This document shows positions 53,301-63,613 of a stretch of 64,000 nucleotides of DNA, piece after piece. Location of the stretch: NCBI GenBank assembly GCA_000004985.1, contig GG738926.1. One strand, given 5' to 3'. Within the stretch, counting starts at the first letter, position 1. The number at the start of each line of letters is the position of its first letter. Under the pieces are notes generated by a model. It worked only from the letters and a program-made list of their open reading frames with translations, had not been told where the DNA came from and did no database searches. A program made the translations under genes and the position numbers. This stretch comes from Naegleria gruberi (Eukaryota).

Positions 53301-54057
53301 AGGAAAAGAAATTAATGGTACAAGCCAACAAACAAGTCAATTGATACAATCCTCCTTGACGAATAAACTCTTCCAACCAAGTAATTGGTTGCGAACGAAG
53401 TTGAACTGTCAATTTTTGAACTATTTTAATCATTTCTTCAATTGACTTGTCACTATTAATTTTTTCCTATTAAAATTTTAAAACAAATCAAACAAATCAA
53501 ACAAATTCTTTTGTTACAAAACAATATATATCAAAAAATACTTACCATGGATGGACCCACAACTGATGCACTCTTTTGCAAACAGTGAATATAATAATCA
53601 ACCTTATTTCTCTCATCAGAACTGAAAGTATCTTGATTTTTACGAAGTGATTGGACGAAATCCCATTTCATTTCTTTTGTCTTGTGTTTGCTAATGAACA
53701 TTTGTTTGGCTTCATTTTGAATACCAATTTGTTCCTTTTATGGTCAATTTAGATATTTAATCAGTAGAATTAAATATTTTCGAATAGTTTACAAAGTTTA
53801 CATACAACTGCTTCCATAAATCTTCTGTTGATTTCTTCTTCATCATCTGGTATGGCTTCCTTGACAAAATTTCCTAATCCTTGATGATGAGAACCTGAAA
53901 GTGATTCTTGTGATGAAGAAGGGCTTGAAGGATTCGAAGAAGAATTAGACGAATCGTTATTCGAATTACCGGAAAGCTTGGAAAAGAACTTCTTCATAGA
54001 AGACTTTTTACGGTTTTGTTGTGGTTGTTGTTGTTCAGAATCTTGCTCGTTAACCAT
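50393..54057 (-). CDS. diaphanous-related formin (GBD/FH3-FH1-FH2), 4 exons: 54057..53806, 53734..53546, 53466..53135, 53033..50393. About 1137 aa.
   Basis: FH1 poly-Pro (VPPPPGTMVPPPPPGVGVPPPPGTGIPMPPGVGVPPPPGSGMMPPPPG) followed by the FH2 domain. Upstream exons are joined by GTATGT..AG (71 nt), GTAAGT..TAG (79 nt) and GTAAGT..CAG (101 nt) introns, all phase-consistent. N-terminal exons encode a GBD/FH3-like region (WDFVQSLRKNQD..., KIVQKLTVQLRSQPITWLEEF). Confidence 0.82.
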
Positions 54058-54358
54058 GATGACGATCTAGTAATTTTTAAAATTATTCGAAAATAGACTA
54101 AACTATCATTAACGAAATTGTTGCGTTAATTTTTTCACTGGTGATAGCACAATTTGACAGGGTGATTGGTGGATATGAAACGATTTCTTTCTATTTCGGT
54201 CAACATCTATCATCAATCCTATCAACATCATCCCCAACTATTCGAAACCAAGAACGAATCTTATCTACAGCCACTATTTTATTAAGATCTTCATTTAGTC
54301 ATTATGTATTCAACCCTTTCCACACGCATCTTGTTCTTTATAAAATCTTATTCGAAAC

Positions 54359-56105
54359 TCAAAAATCAGACAACTTTCCACTACTGTAAACTGAAGATTT
54401 ATCTTCATCATCGTCAGTCCACAAAGCATAAATTCCACTACTCAATTCTCGTTTTCCATTTTGGTTGACTTTATAAAATGATCCTGGTTCGTTTTCATCT
54501 TCAAATAAAAGTTTGGAAATGTCAAGAGGTTTGACACGTGTGTTTTCAATGAGATATTGAGCTAGTTCTTCATGATTGTTCATGTATGATATTTCGATGG
54601 GTCTGAATTGGAAGTTGATTGCTTGTTTGTGAGATTCTACATCGAGGAAACCTTCACTTCCTGTGTGTTTCTGGTATGTTATTGGAATCGAATAGGAATT
54701 AGTTTGAAACTTACATATTTCTGGGCAAGTTAGAATTTTTACAGAATGAATAGAGGACTACTTACAATAGGAGGACCTAACAGGTCTGGTTTCAAGTCCT
54801 TTCTCATATTTACAAATAATTTAACAATTTCTAAATCTCCTTTCGAACAAAGCTCATAAAATACGAAACCTCTATTAACATCCAAGTCTTTTCTAGAAAG
54901 TAATTTAGTGATTACTTCAAATTTGGTTTGGTTACTCAATTTGATGGCGCTTTTCAATATTAACCCATCTTCAATATTCAAATCAAGATTTGTATTCGTA
55001 AGGAAACGTGAAAGAATTTCAGAATTTTCTAAACAATAAGCAAGTGGACAACCTTGATTGATATCAATGTTTGGATTATTCAGAAATAGCTGCACCATTT
55101 CAAGATTACCAGATTTACAAACTTGAACAAACGATTGACATTCGTTTGGATTAGTTTTTGAGTTTTCCAACAATATTCCAATAATGTCCATACTATGATT
55201 ATCATCCAGAGCTATTCTCAGTGGTGTTATGTGCTCAATCTTATCCAAACTATCTCTCAAAATATGTGGAAACTTTTCAAATAGGTTCGTCTCTGAAACT
55301 TCCTTAATTCCAAAATTAGTATCAATATTTGGCTTTTTCAAAATCAATTTCACAATGTGTTTGCTCGCCTTCTTCATTGCCAGAAACAGTATCGACCTGC
55401 CATGTAATTCTGAAACACTCGATGTCCCAAATGTCAAATATCCTGCATATCCCTTATTAATATCAATGTCACTCCTTCCCATCAAAATCTCAGCAGTTGA
55501 ATAATGACCATTCTCAATAGCCACATACAAAGCTGTCTTGGCACATGGAAAAATCAAATCACCTTCAGATTTATGCTTCTTCTCATGAATTTTCAAATCA
55601 CTTTTCGATTTTCTAAATTCGTCTTGTCCCTTCTTTACATCATTCTTTTGGAAATTTAAAATTTTTGTAATTTTAAATGGAAAATTACTTACAATCTGAA
55701 TAATGGTCAAATTTACAAATTAAAATTCACTAAAATTGACAAGAAACTTACTCTTTCAATTTGAATTGAAAATTTGTTCACTTGAATGTGATTCGAATTA
55801 TTGAACGAAAGTAGCAGCTTGACAATTTCATCGTGACCTCTTTTACTGGCCAAATAGAGTGGAGTTTTGGTTGAATAGGCATTATCACATCCCAAATTAA
55901 TATCCAAATCAGGACATTCTAATAATTTATGAATAATCGAAAGGTCACCTCCGAAATGTTTAATTGCTTCGTATAAAAGCGAATGACCTTTATCATTTAG
56001 TTGGTTGATGATGTGGTTTAATTTCATGTGGGAAAGTTGTTCCACCTTTCCTTGTTGAATGAGTTCGAATGCATGATGCTTTCGGTAGGAATCTAATAGA
56101 AACAT
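54359..56105 (-). CDS. ankyrin-repeat protein, 3 exons: 56105..55752, 55695..54766, 54670..54359. About 535 aa.
   Basis: ANK repeats (TPLYLASKRGHDEIVKLLL, HYSTAEILMGRSDIDINKG...). GTAAGT donors at 55751 and 54765, acceptors CAG at 55696 and 54671. Introns of 56 and 95 nt keep the frame. Track start 56120 is TTG; the ATG (MFLLDSYRK) is at 56105. Confidence 0.7.
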
Positions 56106-56625
56106 TTTTTTTAATGTCAAAAAGAAATGAGGTTCAATAATGGAAAGTATGGTTGCTGATTGGTTTCGTTTTGGTAATTTTGTAGTTTATTCAAAGTCTT
56201 ACAGTTCCACAGCTTCACAAATATGTTTCTTTACAAAAGGTTAGTTTTATTCGAAACCATTCTTATTGTAAACTAACAAAAACCGTAGTTGATTACACAA
56301 ATCATAAACTACACATTGCTAATCACAAATCAACAAATAAACTGTCGTTTGACGATTAATACAATGTACGAAGAGATCTACAAGTTTAAATGACACGATA
56401 TTCTATTGGAAACTTAGTTTTCGAAACTTTAACACACTATTCCAAAATGTTGAAATTTACTAATAGAACACAATTTCTTTAATCATCAAGGTAACTTTCG
56501 TATAAAACCAGCTCACATTAGCTAAGCTTTCGAATAACATTGTTAACAAAAAATAACGTAAAACATGCAAGGAAACAAATTGATTATTTGCCTCTCTGTT
56601 GTGTTTATTCCTCTTTTTCATCCAA

Positions 56626-57444
56626 ATGTCAGCTGCCACTTGGCCTTCCCAAGTTGTCAACATTACCAGTTGGAAATTAACTCTTCCAATAGGTGAAATC
56701 GGTGATCCCATTGAAATCTACCAACCAACTCTCAACCAATACATTCTAAATCCTTATTTTGGAGTTGGACCAAACAAGACATCTATTCGATTCAGAGTTG
56801 TCATTACAAACGAAACTGTTACAACTTCTGGATCTAATTATCCAAGAAGTGAGCTTAGAGAAATGGATTCTGTTAATCCTAGTTCTGTAAAAGCTAGTTG
56901 GAATACTAGTGTTGGTGTTCATACGATGATTATTGATCAAACTATTACGAAACTTCCTGCTATTCGAAACAAATTAATTGCTGGTCAAATTCATGATGCT
57001 GACGAATTTATTGTGACCATAAATTTGGAGGGCACTAAACTCTACATTAATGTGCAAGATGTTGGAACCACAACCATCACAAAAAATTACATTTTGGGAA
57101 CAAGATTCCAAATTAAGATTCAAGCCAAAAATGGAACTACAAGTATTTATTACAATGATATGAATACCCCAGTTTATTCCGTTTCCAAGACCTATAAGGG
57201 AGCTTACTTTAAGGCAGGTTGTTATTCGCAATCCAATTGCGCCTACGAAGGAACTTCTTGTGGAAAGTCCAGTAATTATGCTGAAGTGTTAATTCACAAT
57301 TTGACAGTTACTCATGAATATCCAAAAACTGGAAGAAAGGGGATGAAATGGTTTGGAGAAACAAATGATGTACCTGCTGTGAGATTTGGATTGGTCAATT
57401 TGGTCATTGTTTGTTTAGTGTTTGCATTTATGGCACTTTTTTAA
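56626..57444 (+). CDS. polysaccharide lyase family 7 (alginate-lyase-like) protein with C-terminal hydrophobic tail
   Basis: All three PL7 signature blocks present: RSELREM, QIHD, YFKAGCYSQS. Real ATG at 56626 (track 56599 is TTG). An upstream ATG at 56565 encodes a signal-peptide-like MQGNKLIICLSVVFIPLF in the -1 frame. Confidence 0.7.
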   Translation: MSAATWPSQVVNITSWKLTLPIGEIGDPIEIYQPTLNQYILNPYFGVGPNKTSIRFRVVITNETVTTSGSNYPRSELREMDSVNPSSVKASWNTSVGVHTMIIDQTITKLPAIRNKLIAGQIHDADEFIVTINLEGTKLYINVQDVGTTTITKNYILGTRFQIKIQAKNGTTSIYYNDMNTPVYSVSKTYKGAYFKAGCYSQSNCAYEGTSCGKSSNYAEVLIHNLTVTHEYPKTGRKGMKWFGETNDVPAVRFGLVNLVIVCLVFAFMALF

Positions 57445-57461
57445 TAAAAATTGAAGAGATA

Positions 57462-58958
57462 TTATTCGAAAGTAAATCCCAAAGATTCAGTTTGTGTAAC
57501 AATTGAAACATCACTAAATATTCCCTTTTCATAACAAGATTTCACTTTCTTTGCCATTAATTCAGCCTTCGAATATTCTTCCTTATTGAACTTCCAATAG
57601 AAAAATGCAAACTTTTTGTGTTGTTCTTGCCACATCAAACAATCGATTTCGAATACTTTTCCATAAGGATAGCATACAGGTGAAGTGAATTTGTACGGAT
57701 AGGTCATGTGCTTATTTCTATCATCCACATCAATTGAACTGTCATTGTAAACTGTTACCAATAAACAGTCAACTTGCAAATATTTTACAATCTTTCGTTG
57801 AGTTTCAATGCAAGATTCTTCTTTAGCATTTTCTTCTTTATCTAATTGAATTTGTTCTTTTCTTTCATCCTCTTGAGTTTCTTCTTGAGTTTCGTCTTCA
57901 CTTTCTTCCTCACTTTCTTCTTCAATTTCTTCTTCTTCTTCACTCTCATCTTCTAAACTTTCTTCCTCATCATCTTCAGATTCCACTCCACGAGCTTTAA
58001 TAATATTTCCTCTTTGAATTTTAACAATTCCATAACCATCAGTAGTTGCCACAATTCCATCATGTCCAAAATCAACATCAATACATCTGACAGAATTTGA
58101 TAGCTCAATTTGCTTGAACATGTAAAAGTTTGGATAAACTCCAGAAGATTTCGAAACACAATATTGAGAAGCATTCTCACCACAAACATAAATTGTGCCA
58201 CTATTCGAAAGTGCAACAACTCTCCTATAAAATCCAACAACCTTAATAAAGAAAGGTTTAGGGCACTTTCTTTGGAGCTTGATTTCACATTCGCCAAGAT
58301 TCACAACGGTTTGCACATTTTTCTGACCTCTTGCAGCAGCTCCATCATAATTATATCCTAAACTGTAAAGGTTTCCATCAGAAAGTATTAGAAATAGAGC
58401 TGGCTCATTTGCTCCCATGCTTATGATGTCCAAATTTCTAGCCTCTTCAACTTCAAACAATGGACATTGTGTTTTGGTATTGTAAAGTTTCATTTGCATG
58501 ATTCCAATTTGTGTGAAATTCTTTCCAAATTGAGAATAATTATTTAGACGAAAGAGAGGATCCATTAAGTTGGTGTTATTGAGAGAAACAACAAGTAATC
58601 TCTTGTAAACTGTTGATAGAAAGAGAAATCCTTGCGAATAGGCCATGTGTTTGACATCTTTCCATGAAAATGTTTGATTTCCATTCGATTCGATAAAAGT
58701 TTCGAATACTTGTTTGATTTTTAAATCAATGACGAATGGACCGGGACCTTTAACGATGAAGCATTTGATGTCATTCGCGTCTTTATCTGTATTGCATCCT
58801 AGACAAATTGTAACTCCACTCTTTTTGCAATCCGAAACCGCTTGGTCAATTCGCAAGTTGGCAAGATTAGGATAATGTTCAGAAGAAAGATAATTCTCTT
58901 GCATGTAACCCTTATAGGAAGGGAATGGTACAACTCCAGCATAGCTAGGATGAGACAT
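57462..58958 (-). CDS. hypothetical protein with RCC1-like repeats (tentative) and a poly-acidic E/S/D insert (498 aa)
   Basis: Repeated G..Y..G.N..G motifs (SDGNLYSLGYNYDGAAARGQ, SNSGTIYVCGENASQ). GAA-repeat-encoded acidic stretch at 57840-57960. Confidence 0.45.
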   Translation of the reverse strand: MSHPSYAGVVPFPSYKGYMQENYLSSEHYPNLANLRIDQAVSDCKKSGVTICLGCNTDKDANDIKCFIVKGPGPFVIDLKIKQVFETFIESNGNQTFSWKDVKHMAYSQGFLFLSTVYKRLLVVSLNNTNLMDPLFRLNNYSQFGKNFTQIGIMQMKLYNTKTQCPLFEVEEARNLDIISMGANEPALFLILSDGNLYSLGYNYDGAAARGQKNVQTVVNLGECEIKLQRKCPKPFFIKVVGFYRRVVALSNSGTIYVCGENASQYCVSKSSGVYPNFYMFKQIELSNSVRCIDVDFGHDGIVATTDGYGIVKIQRGNIIKARGVESEDDEEESLEDESEEEEEIEEESEEESEDETQEETQEDERKEQIQLDKEENAKEESCIETQRKIVKYLQVDCLLVTVYNDSSIDVDDRNKHMTYPYKFTSPVCYPYGKVFEIDCLMWQEQHKKFAFFYWKFNKEEYSKAELMAKKVKSCYEKGIFSDVSIVTQTESLGFTFE

Positions 58959-59160
58959 TTTTTAACACAAAATCTTTTTCGTGTTTCGGATAAGAATAGT
59001 TTCTTTTAAATAGTTTAATCATGTTACATCCAAAAATGTTACATTCCAAAGTAATTAAAAATGCTTCAAATATTTGCTTGGGTTATTATAATGATATCTG
59101 TGTCCATCCTTGACATTTGAAAGTTGGTTTTAATTGCACTTGTCAACCTTAGTGGTCAAC

Positions 59161-60105
59161 TTATGCTTTCTTCAATATGAATTTCCCGACACCCATGCAA
59201 CAATCCTTATTGTATCCATATATAGTTCCTTCCCATCCATTAATTGTTCTATTACCATCCAAATACAAGAAGTTTTTGTTATCTGCATCATCTGGTAAAT
59301 CCATGAAAGGAAATAAATCTGAAATTGAATTATCATAGTTCAGTACTATTCTATTGCTCATATCAAAGTATGGCTTTACATCATAATCATCTTTAATATC
59401 TGTGGCAGTGTAAATATTCCAATAATTATTGATAATATCTTGTCGTAGTCTTATTTCTTCCTTACTCTTTTCTAACATGATTGGATCCTTAATGATTCTG
59501 AAACTGCAACCCTCCGAAATGATGCATTCTCCAATAGGAGGATGAGCTTGTACTGGAGTTATAACCTTTATCATGCTCTTATCTTTAAATTCATAATTAG
59601 AAACAGAAAATTTCTTCTTTTCTGTATCGTAATACAAGTAATTATCCATATAGAAATTGAAAACTCCAATTTCAAAACATCCTGGAACTTTGACTTGACT
59701 CCACTTGTCCTTATTAGCATCAATTTTCTCCTCAAATTTAACATGTAAACTATGCTTCAATCCATTTCTCAATTTTTTCAACATACTTGCATAATTACCA
59801 TGTCCAACAAAGTTAAACAATAAAGTAGCCAATGAATCATTATATTCCAATTCAGCAATATATTCAACACCCAATTCTGGAACATTTTCCAATGCTGCAT
59901 TCGCTTCTCCCCAATTATCACTCACTTCCCAAGCACTAGCTCCCCATTCCTGAGAACTCACATCCACACCCCATTCAGCAACAGCTCCATCATCATCCTG
60001 AGCAACTGTATCTACTCCCCATTCAGCAACAGCTCCATNNNNNNNNNNNNNNNNNNNNNNNNNNNNNNNNNNNNNNNNNNNNNNNNNNACGTTCCGAAGA
60101 GACAT
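59161..60105 (-). CDS. hypothetical protein interrupted by an assembly gap, N-terminal 16-aa tandem repeats (GAVAEWGVDTVAQDDD)
   Basis: ATG at 60105 directly abuts the N-run 60040..60088. A 48-bp repeat unit is visible on both sides of the gap. Confidence 0.4.
   Translation of the reverse strand: MSLRNXXXXXXXXXXXXXXXXXXGAVAEWGVDTVAQDDDGAVAEWGVDVSSQEWGASAWEVSDNWGEANAALENVPELGVEYIAELEYNDSLATLLFNFVGHGNYASMLKKLRNGLKHSLHVKFEEKIDANKDKWSQVKVPGCFEIGVFNFYMDNYLYYDTEKKKFSVSNYEFKDKSMIKVITPVQAHPPIGECIISEGCSFRIIKDPIMLEKSKEEIRLRQDIINNYWNIYTATDIKDDYDVKPYFDMSNRIVLNYDNSISDLFPFMDLPDDADNKNFLYLDGNRTINGWEGTIYGYNKDCCMGVGKFILKKA
59940..60088. repeat. 48-bp coding tandem repeat spanning an assembly gap (N x49)
   Basis: The unit ccccattcagcaacagctccatcatcatcctgagcaactgtatctact recurs at 59968 and 60017 and runs into the N block. 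Confidence 0.6.
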
Positions 60106-60461
60106 GAAGTTGTTGTTGTGGATATTTTTTTTTCTTTCAATGAAAGTTAAATATTGAAATTGAGAGAATTTTGTTGTAATTTGTGAAATTGAATTGTTCA
60201 GGTTGAGTTAATAATTTAATATTATAGTTAATGGAGGGAGTTTAAAGGAGTAGTTCAATAGGTGATCTATCTATTGATTTCATTCAAATGAGCAAATAAC
60301 CAAAACTAAACTCCATACTTGGTTCCTCAACGACTTTCCATGTTACAGAATCAAATTCGAAACAAGGATGAAAATTTCAAAAACTAAAAATATCACAAAA
60401 AGCACAAAAACTTTAAAATTCACAAAATTTCGATGTGATGAAATTTTCAAATCATAAAAAA

Positions 60462-61178
60462 ATGTCTGCAACTATTAATAATAGATTGGCTGTTGTTCCT
60501 AATAGAATGACCTTACAATTAATGGAGAATCGTTTGAATAGTGCTAAACGTGGTCAGTCGATGCTTAGCAAGAAATCAGATGCTTTGAGAAATAAGTTTT
60601 ATTCGATTGTGAACGAAATCAAGGAAGAAAAGGAAGGAATGACAAGCTTGTTTCGAAAATCATTCTTTTCATTGACTGAGGCAAGATATAGTGCTGGAGA
60701 TTTATCATTTGCAGTTACTGAAAGTGTTAAATCTGCAGCAATAAGAGTCACAAGTCATATGGAAAATGTGTCAGGTGTCAAATTTGCTGTATTTACACAA
60801 GTTGATAATCAAGAAGATAAATTGCAAATGAAGAAATCACCTTCAAGAACCCAACTTTCATTCCTCTCAAGAGGAGGTGAAGAAATTCAAAATTGCAAAT
60901 TGACATTTTCTGAAACTCTTCACAAAATGATTCGTTTAGCAAATTTGCAAACAAGTTTCATTTCATTGGATCAAGCCATCAAATCAACCAATCGTCGTGT
61001 TAATGCCTTAGAAAAGATCATTCAACCAAAGATTTCCAATACCATTTCGTATATTAATGAAGAATTGGAACAAACTGAGAAGGAAGATATTTACAGATTG
61101 AAGAAAATTCGTCAAAATAAGATTAAGCAAGCAAGACTGAAGAAATCAAACTCATCCACTCCAAGAATATTGCGCTAA
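60462..61178 (+). CDS. vatD-like: V-type H+-ATPase subunit D
   Basis: RLAVVPNRMTLQLMENRLNSAKRGQSMLSKKSDALRNKF...AGD matches V-ATPase D (RLxVFPTRMxLTxMKxRLKGAQxGHxLLKKKSDAL). ATG at 60462 in aaaaaaATG context (the track starts at a GTG at 60435). Confidence 0.88.
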   Translation: MSATINNRLAVVPNRMTLQLMENRLNSAKRGQSMLSKKSDALRNKFYSIVNEIKEEKEGMTSLFRKSFFSLTEARYSAGDLSFAVTESVKSAAIRVTSHMENVSGVKFAVFTQVDNQEDKLQMKKSPSRTQLSFLSRGGEEIQNCKLTFSETLHKMIRLANLQTSFISLDQAIKSTNRRVNALEKIIQPKISNTISYINEELEQTEKEDIYRLKKIRQNKIKQARLKKSNSSTPRILR

Positions 61179-61418
61179 TTTGCCATTGATTTAACTGTAC
61201 ATACCAAAATTAGCAATTGAAAATAAATTCCAAATTAAGAACTTTAAAATTCATCAATTTCCAACAAAATTCAAAAATTCACTCTACAAGATCAAAAACA
61301 AAGCTAATCCAGAAATCAAGGCATGATGACGACGATGATGACGTATTTACATATTACAAAAGTTTTTTAAAGATTGATGGAAACTGTGAACTTGCTAATT
61401 TACAATTTTTAAAAAAAA

Positions 61419-63599
61419 ATGTCAGTGTTTCCAGATCTATCGAGCACTTCATTCCCTGCTCTCAAGGAATGCTCTGACTCATTAAAAGTCTGGAATCTTC
61501 AGGAATTGTATGATTTTTCCTCCTCCGAATACAAAACTGCATGGGAATCAAATATTGATCATCATGATAAGCTATCATGTGTTTATCATGATTGCGTCTA
61601 TTTGCAATCATTAAATAATTTTTCTTTTAATCATGCTGATGAGAGGGATGGAAGATTGATTTTAATTAATTTGAAAACAAAAACGAATCGAACAATTCCA
61701 GTGAGAGGGCTTCATTGTACAAAGGTTGATCGGGATGGGAAGGTGATATTGATTAGTTCTGATAGGAAGTCGTTGCAGGTTTTTCATTTGGAAATGAAGA
61801 GTAAAATAGCTGACATTCGGACAGAAAAAGAGTTTCATTTTGCTGATTGGTTGGATAGTGAGAATATTGTGTTTGTGGAGGGAAGTTCATTGTGTAAATT
61901 GAATATTTCACAACAAGATCAGCAGCAGGAAGTTATTATTGAGAATATTCCTGGTGAGTTCAATAAGGATATTACCGGAGTGATTTTTAATATGGAGATG
62001 TGTGCCATTCAAACAGTGAAGAAGGGAGAGTATTCGTTCTATTTGTACAAGTCAGATTTAAAGGTAGGTCAAATAGTGGGACCTAATAATGCATTTGGTG
62101 TTTGCTTGATGGAAGATTCGAAAAAGTTGGTATTGCTTTCTTCAAATGGCTTATTGTTTAAAGACCCTACTGTTGGAAATATAACTGAGCCAGTTTTGTT
62201 TTCAGAGAAGGCATACATGACACACTACTTTAAGGAGTCTCAATTGGTTGCATTTGTTGGGTATAAGGGTGATAGTGGTGTTATTGACCTTTCTTCTAAA
62301 AAACTTATTGCTAGACATGATTTCAAAACAGAAATAGTGAACAGTTTCAAGACGGATGATAGTCTCGTTATAGTTACAAAGGGAGGGAAAGTGATTGAGT
62401 GCTGTTTTAATGCAGAATTCATGTTACATACGTATAGAAACAACTACGATGTGTCAACAGAAATAATGGCTTATTGGAAACGCTTTTCAGAGAGCAATAT
62501 TAAGGATTTTAGACTTTCATCAATTCAATCAATCTTACCATTACAGACTCCTCTGAACAAGTACAATAGAGATTACTATATTCCTCATGGAGGTATTCAT
62601 ATTTTCCATCCGATTATTTCTTACTACTTCCCTTACATGTATCAGTGTGTAATTAGAAACGAACTCTCCATAGAATACACAACTGAGGAGCAAAATATCA
62701 TTAAGGATTTTGTTTCCTACCTGATTTATAGAGGCCAAGATTTGAAAATAGACAGAGACAATTATCTAAAGTGGATGTTCATATTCGATAGATGTTGGTT
62801 TGAATTTACAGAATTGGAATCAAAAATTGTAACTCTTTTCAATAATGATTTTGGTTTGATTTTGCCAGAAATTTCTCCCCTATTGCAGACGTTAACCGAA
62901 TATCAATCCAGAAATTTAAATTTTGAAAATGGTTTGTTACAAAAGTGTATCAACTATTGCAGAGATACCATGGATGGCAAAGAAGTTTCACAAGTAGAAC
63001 CTTTTATTAATGAACACATTCCAATTAGGTTGTCCATCGATTGTATCTACAACCGCCAAGATACTCATGATATCACATTGGTCGCTTATGGAAGGAAAAT
63101 TGGAGCTCATAAAACCGTTCTGGCATCTACAAGTCCAATATTGGAAGTAATGTTGGACGAGGAAGGATCGTTCAAGAGTGAAGTCACAGAAAATCAAGAG
63201 TTGGTGTTAGGTGGAGAAGATCTTGAGATACCAGAGAAAGATAGAGAGAAGAAGGGAGAACTATTCGAGTTACTTGTTAAATTTTGCTATACATCAAGTG
63301 TAGACTGTTCTCCAGAGGATGCATTTCTATTATATGAAATGGCTGATCAGTATCAAATTACTGATCTCAAGACATCTCTTGCAGACAAGATCATTGCACA
63401 ATTGAACCTTGACACATTTATGGAGATAGTCAAATGGAGTGATATTTTTGTACAAATTTCAAACAAACATCTGCACAGAGGAATTCTCAATTTTGCATCC
63501 CTTAATGGAATGAAACTTTTAGAATTATATTCAGATCAATTAGTTGCCTATCCAGAATTCCTTGTTAGATTTCTCAAATTTTCTTTTAATGTTGAATAA
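61419..63599 (+). CDS. BTB/POZ-domain protein (726 aa)
   Basis: C-terminal BTB core: DITLVAYGRKIGAHKTVLASTSPILEVML ... FELLVKFCYT ... LLYEMADQYQITDLK. Confidence 0.65.
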   Translation: MSVFPDLSSTSFPALKECSDSLKVWNLQELYDFSSSEYKTAWESNIDHHDKLSCVYHDCVYLQSLNNFSFNHADERDGRLILINLKTKTNRTIPVRGLHCTKVDRDGKVILISSDRKSLQVFHLEMKSKIADIRTEKEFHFADWLDSENIVFVEGSSLCKLNISQQDQQQEVIIENIPGEFNKDITGVIFNMEMCAIQTVKKGEYSFYLYKSDLKVGQIVGPNNAFGVCLMEDSKKLVLLSSNGLLFKDPTVGNITEPVLFSEKAYMTHYFKESQLVAFVGYKGDSGVIDLSSKKLIARHDFKTEIVNSFKTDDSLVIVTKGGKVIECCFNAEFMLHTYRNNYDVSTEIMAYWKRFSESNIKDFRLSSIQSILPLQTPLNKYNRDYYIPHGGIHIFHPIISYYFPYMYQCVIRNELSIEYTTEEQNIIKDFVSYLIYRGQDLKIDRDNYLKWMFIFDRCWFEFTELESKIVTLFNNDFGLILPEISPLLQTLTEYQSRNLNFENGLLQKCINYCRDTMDGKEVSQVEPFINEHIPIRLSIDCIYNRQDTHDITLVAYGRKIGAHKTVLASTSPILEVMLDEEGSFKSEVTENQELVLGGEDLEIPEKDREKKGELFELLVKFCYTSSVDCSPEDAFLLYEMADQYQITDLKTSLADKIIAQLNLDTFMEIVKWSDIFVQISNKHLHRGILNFASLNGMKLLELYSDQLVAYPEFLVRFLKFSFNVE

Positions 63600-63613
63600 A
63601 ATATGTACACGAG

